A stretch of DNA of 64,000 bases from Eledone cirrhosa (taxonomy: Eukaryota), in contig OZ024758.1 of the NCBI GenBank assembly GCA_964016885.1, forward strand, positions 35,030,001 through 35,094,000, read 5' to 3'. The notes under the pieces are model-generated. The model made no database searches. It saw nothing but the letters and a program-made list of their open reading frames with translations, and was not told where the DNA came from. Positions 26,301 to 38,100 of the stretch are shown piece after piece (the first letter of the stretch is position 1; each line of letters begins with the position of its first letter). Made by a program: the position numbers and the translations under genes.

Positions 26301-29300
26301 TCATGGTACTAGCTGTCAGAAGTAACTCCACTGTTGGTGAGAATTCATTTAAGTTCATGGTACTAGCTGTCAGAAGTAACTCAACTGTTGGTGAGAATTC
26401 ATTTAAGTTCATGGTACTAGCTGTCAGAAGTAACCCCAATGTTGGTGAGAATTCATTTAAGTTCATGGTATTAGCTGTCAGAAGTAACTCCACTGTTGGT
26501 GAGAATTCATTTAAGTTCATGGTACTAGCTGTCAGAAGTAACTCCACTGTTGGTGAGAATTCATTTAAGTTCATGGTACTATCTGTCAGAAGTAACCCCA
26601 ATGTTGGTGAGAATTCATTTAAGTTCATGGTATTAGCTGTCAGAAGTAACTCCACTGTTGGTGAGAATTCATTTAAGTTCATGGTACTAGCTGTCAGAAG
26701 TAACCCCAATGTTGGTGAGAATTCATTTAAGTTCATGGTACTAGCTGTCAGAAGTAACCCCAATGTTGGTGAGAATTCATTTAAGTTCATGGTACTAGCT
26801 GTCAGAAGTAACTCCACTGTTGGTGAGAATTCATTTAAGTTCATGGTACTAGCTGTCAGAAGGAATCCACTGTTGGTGAGAATTCATTTAAGTTCATGGT
26901 ACTAGCTGTCAGAAGTAACCCCAATGTTGGTGAGAATTCATTTAAGTTCATGGTACTAGCTGTCAGAAGTAACTCCACTGTTGGTGAGAATTCATTTAAG
27001 TTCATGGTACTAGCTGTCAGAAGTAACTCCACTGTTGGTGAGAATTCATTTAAGTTCATGGTACTAGCTGTCAGAAGGAATCCACTGTTGGTGAGAATTC
27101 ATTTAAGTTCATGGTATTAGCTGTCAGAAGTAACTCCAATGTTGGTGAGAATTCATTTAAGTCATGGTACTAGCTGTCAGAAGTAACTCCACTGTTGGTG
27201 AGAATTCATATAAGTTCATGGTATTAGCTGTCAGAAGGAACTCCACAGTTGGTGAGAATTCATTTAAGTTCATGGTATTAGCTGTCAGAAGTAACTCCAA
27301 TGTTGGTGAGAATTCATTTAAGTTCATGGTATTAGCTGTCAGAAGTAACTCCACTGTTGGTGAGAATTCATTTAAGTTCATGGTACTAGCTGTCAGAAGT
27401 AACTCCACTGTTGGTGAGAATTCATTTAAGTTCATGGTATTAGCTGTCAGAAGTAACTCCATTGTTGGTGAGAATTCATTTAAGTCATGGTACTAGCTGT
27501 CAGAAGTAACCCCAATGTTGGTGAGAATTCATTTAAGTTCATGGTACTAGCTGTCAGAAGTAACCCCAATGTTGGTGAGAATTCATTTAAGTTCATGGTA
27601 TTAGCTGTCAGAAGTCACTCCACTGTTGGTGAGAATTCATTTAAGTTCATGGTATTAGCTGTCAGAAGTAACTCCACTGTTGGTGAGAATTCATTTAAGT
27701 TCATGGTACTAGCTGTCAGAAGTAACTCCACTGTTGGTGAGAATTCATTTAAGTTCATGGTACTAGCTGTCAGAAGTAACCCCAATGTTGGTGAGAATTC
27801 ATTTAAGTTCATGGTATTAGCTGTCAGAAGTCACTCCACTGTTGGTGAGAATTCATTTAAGTTCATGGTACTAGCTGTCAGAAGTAACTCCACTGTTGGT
27901 GAGAATTCATTTAAGTTCATGGTACTAGCTGTCAGAAGTAACTCAACTGTTGGTGAGAATTCATTTAAGTTCATGGTACTAGCTGTCAGAAGTAACCCCA
28001 ATGTTGGTGAGAATTCATTTAAGTTCATGGTATTAGCTGTCAGAAGTAACTCCACTGTTGGTGAGAATTCATTTAAGTTCATGGTACTAGCTGTCAGAAG
28101 TAACTCCACTGTTGGTGAGAATTCATTTAAGTTCATGGTACTACCTGTCAGAAGTAACCCCAATGTTGGTGAGAATTCATTTAAGTTCATGGTATTAGCT
28201 GTCAGAAGTAACTCCACTGTTGGTGAGAATTCATTTAAGTTCATGGTACTAGCTGTCAGAAGTAACCCCAATGTTGGTGAGAATTCATTTAAGTTCATGG
28301 TACTAGCTGTCAGAAGTAACCCCAATGTTGGTGAGAATTCATTTAAGTTCATGGTATTAGCTGTCAGAAGTCACTCCACTGTTGGTGAGAATTCATTTAA
28401 GTTCATGGTATTAGCTGTCAGAAGTAACTCCACTGTTGGTGAGAATTCATTTAAGTTCATGGTATTAGCTGTCAGAAGTAACTCCACTGTTGGTGAGAAT
28501 TAATTTAAGTTCATGGTATTAGCTGTCAGAAGTAACTCCACTGTTGGTGGGAATTCATTTAAGTCATGGTATTAGCTGTCAGAAGTAACTCCATTGTTGG
28601 TGAGAATTCATTTAAGTCATGGTACTAGCTGTCAGAAGTAACTCCACTGTTGGTGAGAATTCATTTAAGTTCATGGTATTAGCTGTCAGAAGGAACTCCA
28701 CTGTTGGTGAGAATTCATTTAAGTTCATGGTATTAGCTGTCAGAAGTAACTCCACTGTTGGTGAGAATTCATTTAAGTTCATGGTACTAGCTGTCAGAAG
28801 TAACTCCACTGTTGGTGAGAATTCATTTAAGTTCATGGTACTAGCTGTCAGAAGGAATCCACTGTTGGTGAGAATTCATTTAAGTTCATGGTATTAGCTG
28901 TCAGAAGTAACTCCAATGTTGGTGAGAATTCATTTAAGTCATGGTACTAGCTGTCAGAAGTAACTCCACTGTTGGTGAGAATTCATATAAGTTCATGGTA
29001 TTAGCTGTCAGAAGGAACTCCACAGTTGGTGAGAATTCATTTAAGTTCATGGTATTAGCTGTCAGAAGTAACTCCAATGTTGGTGAGAATTCATTTAAGT
29101 TCATGGTATTAGCTGTCAGAAGTAACTCCACTGTTGGTGAGAATTCATTTAAGTTCATGGTACTAGCTGTCAGAAGTAACTCCACTGTTGGTGAGAATTC
29201 ATTTAAGTTCATGGTACTAGCTGTCAGAAGGAATCCACTGTTGGTGAGAATTCATTTAAGTTCATGGTATTAGCTGTCAGAAGTAACTCCAATGTTGGTG

Positions 29301-29860
29301 AGAATTCATTTAAGTTCATGGTATTAGCTGTCAGAAGTAACTCCACTGTTGGTGAGAATTCATATAAGTTCATGGTATTAGCTGTCAGAAGGAACTCCAC
29401 AGTTGGTGAGAATTCATTTAAGTTCATGGTATTAGCTGTCAGAAGTAACTCCAATGTTGGTGAGAATTCATTTAAGTTCATGGTATTAGCTGTCAGAAGT
29501 AACTCCACTGTTGGTGAGAATTCATTTAAGTTCATGGTACTAGCTGTCAGAAGTAACTCCACTGTTGGTGAGAATTCATTTAAGTTCATGGTACTAGCTG
29601 TCAGAAGTAACCCCAATGTTGGTGAGAATTCATTTAAGTACATGGTATTAGCTGTCAGAAGTCACTCCACTGTTGGTGAGAATTCATTTAAGTTCATGGT
29701 ACTAGCTGTCAGAAGTAACTCCACTGTTGGTGAGAATTCATTTAAGTTCATGGTACTAGCTGTCAGAAGTAACTCAACTGTTGGTGAGAATTCATTTAAG
29801 TTCATGGTACTAGCTGTCAGAAGTAACCCCAATGTTGGTGAGAATTCATTTAAGTTCATG
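20330..29860. repeat. Dispersed block duplication, ~20.3-22.9 kb repeated at ~27.3-29.85 kb (offset 6950 bp)
   Basis: CTACCTGTC lies at 21194/28144 and AAGTACATG at 22690/29640. ORF pairs 20537/27487, 21669/28619, 21991/28941 and 22314/29264 share the offset. Confidence 0.85.
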
Positions 29861-32800
29861 GTATTAGCTGTCAGAAGTAACTCCACTGTTGGTGAGAATT
29901 CATTTAAGTTCATGGTATTAGCTGTCAGAAGTAACTCCACTGTTGGTGAGAATTCATTTAAGTTCATGGTACTAGCTGTCAGAAGTAACTCCACTGTTGG
30001 TGAGAATTCATTTAAGTTCATGGTACTAGCTGTCAGAAGTAACCCCAATGTTGGTGAGAATTCATTTAAGTTCATCGTATTAGCTGTCAGAAGTCACTCC
30101 ACTGTTGGTGAGAATTCATTTAAGTTCATGGTACTAGCTGTCAGAAGTAACTCCACTGTTGGTGAGAATTCATTTAAGTTCATGGTACTAGCTGTCAGAA
30201 GTAACTCCACTGTTGGTGAGAATTCATTTAAGTTCATGGTATTAGCTGTCAGAAGGAACGCCACTGTTGGTGATAATTCATTTAAGTTCATGGTATTAGC
30301 TGTCAGAAGTAACTCCACTGTTGGTGAGAATTCATTTAAGTTCATGGTATTAGCTGTCAGAAGTAACTCCACTGTTGGTGAGAATTCATTTAAGTTCATG
30401 GTACTAGCTGTCAGAAGTAACTCCACTGTTGGTGAGAATTCATTTAAGTTCATGGTACTAGCTGTCAGAAGTAACCCCAATGTTGGTGAGAATTCATTTA
30501 AGTTCATGGTATTAGCTGTCAGAAGTAACTCCACTGTTGGTGAGAATTCATTTAAGTTCCTGGTATTAGCTGTCAGAAGTAACTCCACTGTTGGTGAGAA
30601 TTCATTTAAGTTCATGGTACTAGCTGTCAGAAGTAACTCCACTGTTGGTGAGAATTCATTTAAGTTCATGGTACTAGCTGTCAGAAGTAACCTCAATGTT
30701 GGTGAGAATTCATTTAAGTTCATGGTATTAGCTGTCAGAAGTCACTCCACTGTTGGTGAGAATTCATTTAAGTTCATGGTATTAGCTGTCAGAAGGAACT
30801 CCAATGTTGGTGAGAAATCATTTAAGTCATGGTACTAGCTGTCAGAAGTAACTCCACTGTTGGTGAGAATTCATTTAAGTTCATGGTATTAGCTGTCAGA
30901 AGGAACGCCACTGTTGGTGAGAATTCATTTAAGTTCATGGTATTAGCTGTCAGAAGTAACTCCACTGTTGGTGAGAATTCATTTAAGTTCATGGTACTAG
31001 CTGTCAGAAGTAACTCCAATGTTGGTGAGAATTCATTTAAGTTCATGGTATTAGCTGTCAGAAGGAACTCCACTGTTGGTGAGAATTCATTTAAGTTCAT
31101 GGTATTACCTGTCAGAAGTAACTCCACTGTTGGTGAAAATTCATTTAAGTTCATGGTACTAGTTGTCAGAAGTAACTCCACTGTTGGTGAGAATTCATTT
31201 AAGTTCATGGTATTAGTTGTCAGAAGTAACTCCACTGTTGGTGAGAATTCATTAAGTCATGGTATTAGTTGTCAGAAGTAACTCCAATGTTGGTGAGAAT
31301 TCATTTAAGTTCATGGTACTAGCTGTCAGAAGTAACTCCACTGTTGGTGAGAATTCATTTAAGTTCATGGTATTAGCTGTCAGAAGTCACTCCACTGTTG
31401 GTGAGAATTCATTTAAGTTCATGGTACTAGCTGTCAGAAGTAACTCCACTGTTGGTGAGAATTCATTTAAGTTCATGGTACTAGCTGTCAGAAGTAACTC
31501 CACTGTTGGTGAGAATTCATTTAAGTTCATGGTACTAGCTGTCAGAAGTAACCCCAATGTTGGTGAGAATTCATTTAAGTTCATGGTATTAGCTGTCAGA
31601 AGTCACTCCACTGTTGGTGAGAATTCATTTAAGTTCATGGTACTAGCTGTCAGAAGTAACTCCACTGGTGGTGAGAATTCATTTAAGTTCATGGTACTAG
31701 CTGTCAGAAGTAACTCAACTGTTGGTGAGAATTCATTTAAGTTCATGGTACTAGCTGTCAGAAGTAACCCCAATGTTGGTGAGAATTCATTTAAGTTCAT
31801 GGTATTAGCTGTCAGAAGTAACTCCACTGTTGGTGAGAATTCATTTAAGTTCATGGTACTAGCTGTCAGAAGTAACTCCACTGTTGGTGAGAATTCATTT
31901 AAGTTCATGGTACTACCTGTCAGAAGTAACCCCAATGTTGGTGAGAATTCATTTAAGTTCATGGTATTAGCTGTCAGAAGTAACTCCACTGTTGGTGAGA
32001 ATTCATTTAAGTTCATGGTACTAGCTGTCAGAAGTAACCCCAATGTTGGTGAGAATTCATTTAAGTTCATGGTACTAGCTGTCAGAAGTAACCCCAATGT
32101 TGGTGAGAATTCATTTAAGTTCATGGTATTAGCTGTCAGAAGTCACTCCACTGTTGGTGAGAATTCATTTAAGTTCATGGTATTAGCTGTCAGAAGTAAC
32201 TCCACTGTTGGTGAGAATTCATTTAAGTTCATGGTATTAGCTGTCAGAAGTAACTCCACTGTTGGTGAGAATTAATTTAAGTTCATGGTATTAGCTGTCA
32301 GAAGTAACTCCACTGTTGGTGGGAATTCATTTAAGTCATGGTATTAGCTGTCAGAAGTAACTCCATTGTTGGTGAGAATTCATTTAAGTCATGGTACTAG
32401 CTGTCAGAAGTAACTCCACTGTTGGTGAGAATTCATTTAAGTTCATGGTATTAGCTGTCAGAAGGAACTCCACTGTTGGTGAGAATTCATTTAAGTTCAT
32501 GGTATTAGCTGTCAGAAGTAACTCCACTGTTGGTGAGAATTCATTTAAGTTCATGGTACTAGCTGTCAGAAGTAACTCCACTGTTGGTGAGAATTCATTT
32601 AAGTTCATGGTACTAGCTGTCAGAAGGAATCCACTGTTGGTGAGAATTCATTTAAGTTCATGGTATTAGCTGTCAGAAGTAACTCCAATGTTGGTGAGAA
32701 TTCATTTAAGTCATGGTACTAGCTGTCAGAAGTAACTCCACTGTTGGTGAGAATTCATATAAGTTCATGGTATTAGCTGTCAGAAGGAACTCCACAGTTG

Positions 32801-35150
32801 GTGAGAATTCATTTAAGTTCATGGTATTAGCTGTCAGAAGTAACTCCAATGTTGGTGAGAATTCATTTAAGTTCATGGTATTAGCTGTCAGAAGTAACTC
32901 CACTGTTGGTGAGAATTCATTTAAGTTCATGGTACTGGCTGTCAGAAGTAACTCCACTGTTGGTGAGAATTCATTTAAGTTCATGGTACTAGCTGTCAGA
33001 AGGAATCCACTGTTGGTGAGAATTCATTTAAGTTCATGGTATTAGCTGTCAGAAGTAACTCCAATGTTGGTGAGAATTCATTTAAGTTCATGGTATTAGC
33101 TGTCAGAAGTAACTCCACTGTTGGTGAGAATTCATATAAGTTCATGGTATTAGCTGTCAGAAGGAACTCCACAGTTGGTGAGAATTCATTTAAGTTCATG
33201 GTATTAGCTGTCAGAAGTAACTCCAATGTTGGTGAGAATTCATTTAAGTTCATGGTATTAGCTGTCAGAAGTAACTCCACTGTTGGTGAGAATTCATTTA
33301 AGTTCATGGTACTAGCTGTCAGAAGTAACTCCACTGTTGGTGAGAATTCATTTAAGTTCATGGTACTAGCTGTCAGAAGTAACCCCAATGTTGGTGAGAA
33401 TTCATTTAAGTACATGGTATTAGCTGTCAGAAGTCACTCCACTGTTGGTGAGAATTCATTTAAGTTCATGGTACTAGCTGTCAGAAGTAACTCCACTGTT
33501 GGTGAGAATTCATTTAAGTTCATGGTACTAGCTGTCAGAAGTAACTCAACTGTTGGTGAGAATTCATTTAAGTTCATGGTACTAGCTGTCAGAAGTAACC
33601 CCAATGTTGGTGAGAATTCATTTAAGTTCATGGTATTAGCTGTCAGAAGTAACTCCACTGTTGGTGAGAATTCATTTAAGTTCATGGTATTAGCTGTCAG
33701 AAGTAACTCCACTGTTGGTGAGAATTCATTTAAGTTCATGGTACTAGCTGTCAGAAGTAACTCCACTGTTGGTGAGAATTCATTTAAGTTCATGGTACTA
33801 GCTGTCAGAAGTAACCCCAATGTTGGTGAGAATTCATTTAAGTTCATCGTATTAGCTGTCAGAAGTCACTCCACTGTTGGTGAGAATTCATTTAAGTTCA
33901 TGGTACTAGCTGTCAGAAGTAACTCCACTGTTGGTGAGAATTCATTTAAGTTCATGGTACTAGCTGTCAGAAGTAACTCCACTGTTGGTGAGAATTCATT
34001 TAAGTTCATGGTATTAGCTGTCAGAAGGAACGCCACTGTTGGTGATAATTCATTTAAGTTCATGGTATTAGCTGTCAGAAGTAACTCCACTGTTGGTGAG
34101 AATTCATTTAAGTTCATGGTATTAGCTGTCAGAAGTAACTCCACTGTTGGTGAGAATTCATTTAAGTTCATGGTACTAGCTGTCAGAAGTAACTCCACTG
34201 TTGGTGAGAATTCATTTAAGTTCATGGTACTAGCTGTCAGAAGTAACCCCAATGTTGGTGAGAATTCATTTAAGTTCATGGTATTAGCTGTCAGAAGTAA
34301 CTCCACTGTTGGTGAGAATTCATTTAAGTTCCTGGTATTAGCTGTCAGAAGTAACTCCACTGTTGGTGAGAATTCATTTAAGTTCATGGTACTAGCTGTC
34401 AGAAGTAACTCCACTGTTGGTGAGAATTCATTTAAGTTCATGGTACTAGCTGTCAGAAGTAACCTCAATGTTGGTGAGAATTCATTTAAGTTCATGGTAT
34501 TAGCTGTCAGAAGTCACTCCACTGTTGGTGAGAATTCATTTAAGTTCATGGTATTAGCTGTCAGAAGGAACTCCAATGTTGGTGAGAAATCATTTAAGTC
34601 ATGGTACTAGCTGTCAGAAGTAACTCCACTGTTGGTGAGAATTCATTTAAGTTCATGGTATTAGCTGTCAGAAGGAACGCCACTGTTGGTGAGAATTCAT
34701 TTAAGTTCATGGTATTAGCTGTCAGAAGTAACTCCACTGTTGGTGAGAATTCATTTAAGTTCATGGTACTAGCTGTCAGAAGTAACTCCAATGTTGGTGA
34801 GAATTCATTTAAGTTCATGGTATTAGCTGTCAGAAGGAACTCCACTGTTGGTGAGAATTCATTTAAGTTCATGGTATTACCTGTCAGAAGTAACTCCACT
34901 GTTGGTGAAAATTCATTTAAGTTCATGGTACTAGTTGTCAGAAGTAACTCCACTGTTGGTGAGAATTCATTTAAGTTCATGGTATTAGTTGTCAGAAGTA
35001 ACTCCACTGTTGGTGAGAATTCATTAAGTCATGGTATTAGTTGTCAGAAGTAACTCCAATGTTGGTGAGAATTCATTTAAGTTCATGGTACTAGCTGTCA
35101 GAAGTAACTCCACTGTTGGTGAGAATTCATTTAAGTTCATGGTATTAGCT
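27660..35150. repeat. Tandem duplication, period 3772 bp (70 monomers)
   Basis: CTACCTG lies at 28144/31916 and AAGTACATG at 29640/33412. CATCGT, TTCCTGG, AACCTCAAT and GAGAAATC each recur at +3772. ORFs 29264/33036 (524 aa) and 30829/34601 are identical. 70x54-8=3772. Confidence 0.92.
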
Positions 35151-38100
35151 GTCAGAAGTAACTCCACTGTTGGTGAGAATTCATTTAAGTCATGGTATTA
35201 GCTGTCAGAAGTAACTCCATTGTTGGTGAGAATTCATTTAAGTCATGGTACTAGCTGTCAGAAGTAACTCCACTGTTGGTGAAAATTCATTTAAGTTCAT
35301 GGTATTAGCTGTCAGAAGGAACTCCACTGTTGTTGAGAATTTATTTAAGTTCATGGTACTAGCTGTCAGAAGTAACTCCACTGTTGGTGAGAATTCATTT
35401 AAGTTCATGGTATTAGTTTGTCAGAAGTAACTCCACTGTTGGTGAGAATTCATTTAAGTCATGGTATTAATTGTCAGAAGTAACTCCAATGTTGGTGAGA
35501 ATTCATTTAAGTCATGGTACTAGCTGTCAGAAGTAACTCCAATGTTGGTGAGAATTCATTTAAGTTCATGGTATTAGCTGTCAGAAGGAACTCCACTGTT
35601 GGTGAGAATTCATTTAAGTTCATGGTATTAGCTGTCAGAAGTAACTCCACTGTTGGTGAGAATTCATTTAAGTTCATGGTACTAGCTGTCAGAAGTAACT
35701 CCAATGTTGGTGAGAATTCATTTAAGTTCATGGTATTAGCTGTCAGAAGTAACTCCACTGTTGGTGAGAATTCATTTAAGTTCAAGGTATTAGTTTGTCA
35801 GAAGTAACTCCACTGTTGGTGAGAATTCATTTAAGTCATGGTATTAGTTGTCAGAAGTAACTCCAATGTTGGTGAGAATTCATTTAAGTCATGTTACTAG
35901 CTGTCAGAAGTAACTCCAATGTTGGTGAGAATTCATTTAAGTTCATGGTATTAGCTGTCAGAAGGAACTCCACTGTTGGTGAGAATTCATTTAAGTTCAT
36001 GGTATTAGCTGTCAGAAGTAACTCCACTGTTGGTGAGAATTCATTTAAGTTCATGGTACTAGCTGTCAGAAGTAACTCCAATGTTGGTGAGAATTCATTT
36101 AAGTTCATGGTATTAGCTGTCAGAAGTAACTCCACTGTTGGTGAGAATCCATTTAAGTCATGGTATTAGCTGTCAGAAGTAACTCCAATGTTGGTGAGAA
36201 TTCATTTAAGTTCATGGTATTAGCTGTCAGAAGTAACTCCACTGTTGGTGAGAATTCATTTAAGTTCATGGTACTAGCTGTCAGAAGAAACTCCACTGTT
36301 GGTGAGAATTCATTTAAGTTCATGGTATTAGTTTGTCAGAAGTAACTCCACTGTTGGTGAGAATTCATTTAAGTTCATGGTATTAGCTGTCAGAAGGAAC
36401 GCCACTGTTGGTGATAATTCATTTAAGTTCATGGTACTAGCTGTCAGAAGTAACTCCAATGTTGGTGAGAATTCATTTAAGTTCAAGGTATTAGTTTGTC
36501 AGAAGTAACTCCACTGTTGGTGAGAATTCATTTAAGTCATGGTATTAGTTGTCAGAAGTAACTCCAATGTTGGTGAGAATTCATTTAAGTCATGTTACTA
36601 GCTGTCAGAAGTAACTCCAATGTTGGTGAGAATTCATTTAAGTTCATGGTATTAGCTGTCAGAAGGAACTCCACTGTTGGTGAGAATTCATTTAAGTTCA
36701 TGGTATTAGCTGTCAGAAGTAACTCCACTGTTGGTGAGAATTCATTTAAGTTCATGGTACTAGCTGTCAGAAGTAACTCCAATGTTGGTGAGAATTCATT
36801 TAAGTTCATGGTATTAGCTGTCAGAAGTAACTCCACTGTTGGTGAGAATCCATTTAAGTCATGGTATTAGCTGTCAGAAGTAACTCCAATGTTGGTGAGA
36901 ATTCATTTAAGTTCATGGTATTAGCTGTCAGAAGTAACTCCACTGTTGGTGAGAATTCATTTAAGTTCATGGTACTAGCTGTCAGAAGAAACTCCACTGT
37001 TGGTGAGAATTCATTTAAGTTCATGGTATTAGTTTGTCAGAAGTAACTCCACTGTTGGTGAGAATTCATTTAAGTTCATGGTATTAGCTGTCAGAAGGAA
37101 CGCCACTGTTGGTGATAATTCATTTAAGTTCATGGTACTAGCTGTCAGAAGTAACTCCACTGTTGGTGAGAATTCATTTAAGTTCATGGTACTAGCTGTC
37201 AGAAGTAACTCCAATGTTGGTGAGAATTCATTTAAGTTCATGGTATTAGCTGTCAGAAGGAACTCCACTGTTGGTGAGAATTCATTTAAGTTCATGGTAT
37301 TACCTGTCAGAAGTAACTCCACTGTTGGTGAAAATTCATTTAAGTTCATGGTACTAGTTGTCAGAAGTAACTCCACTGTTGGTGAGAATTCATTTAAGTT
37401 CATGGTATTAGTTGTCAGAAGTAACTCCACTGTTGGTGAGAATTCATTAAGTCATGGTATTAGTTGTCAGAAGTAACTCCAATGTTGGTGAGAATTCATT
37501 TAAGTTCATGGTACTAGCTGTCAGAAGTAACTCCACTGTTGGTGAGAATTCATTTAAGTTCATGGTATTAGTTGTCAGAAGTAACTCCACTGTTGGTGAG
37601 AATTCATTAAGTCATGGTATTAGTTGTCAGAAGTAACTCCAATGTTGGTGAGAATTCATTTAAGTTCATGGTACTAGCTGTCAGAAGTAACTCCACTGTT
37701 GGTGAGAATTCATTTAAGTTCATGGTATTAGCTGTCAGAAGTAACTCCACTGTTGGTGAGAATTCATTTAAGTCATGGTATTAGCTGTCAGAAGTAACTC
37801 CATTGTTGGTGAGAATTCATTTAAGTCATGGTACTAGCTGTCAGAAGTAACTCCACTGTTGGTGAAAATTCATTTAAGTTCATGGTATTAGCTGTCAGAA
37901 GGAACTCCACTGTTGTTGAGAATTTATTTAAGTTCATGGTACTAGCTGTCAGAAGTAACTCCACTGTTGGTGAGAATTCATTTAAGTTCATGGTATTAGT
38001 TTGTCAGAAGTAACTCCACTGTTGGTGAGAATTCATTTAAGTCATGGTATTAATTGTCAGAAGTAACTCCAATGTTGGTGAGAATTCATTTAAGTCATGG

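Larger units (their letters stand above)
1..34560. repeat. Satellite variant domain A (left)
   Basis: Diagnostic variants AACCCCAAT, AGTCACTCC, AGGAATCC, CATATAAG, CCACAGTT and CTCAACT are frequent here. The last AGGAATCC is at ~33001, the last CATATAAG at ~33133, the last CTCAACT at ~33545 and the last regular CCCCAAT at ~34247. The boundary is approximate. Confidence 0.85.
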
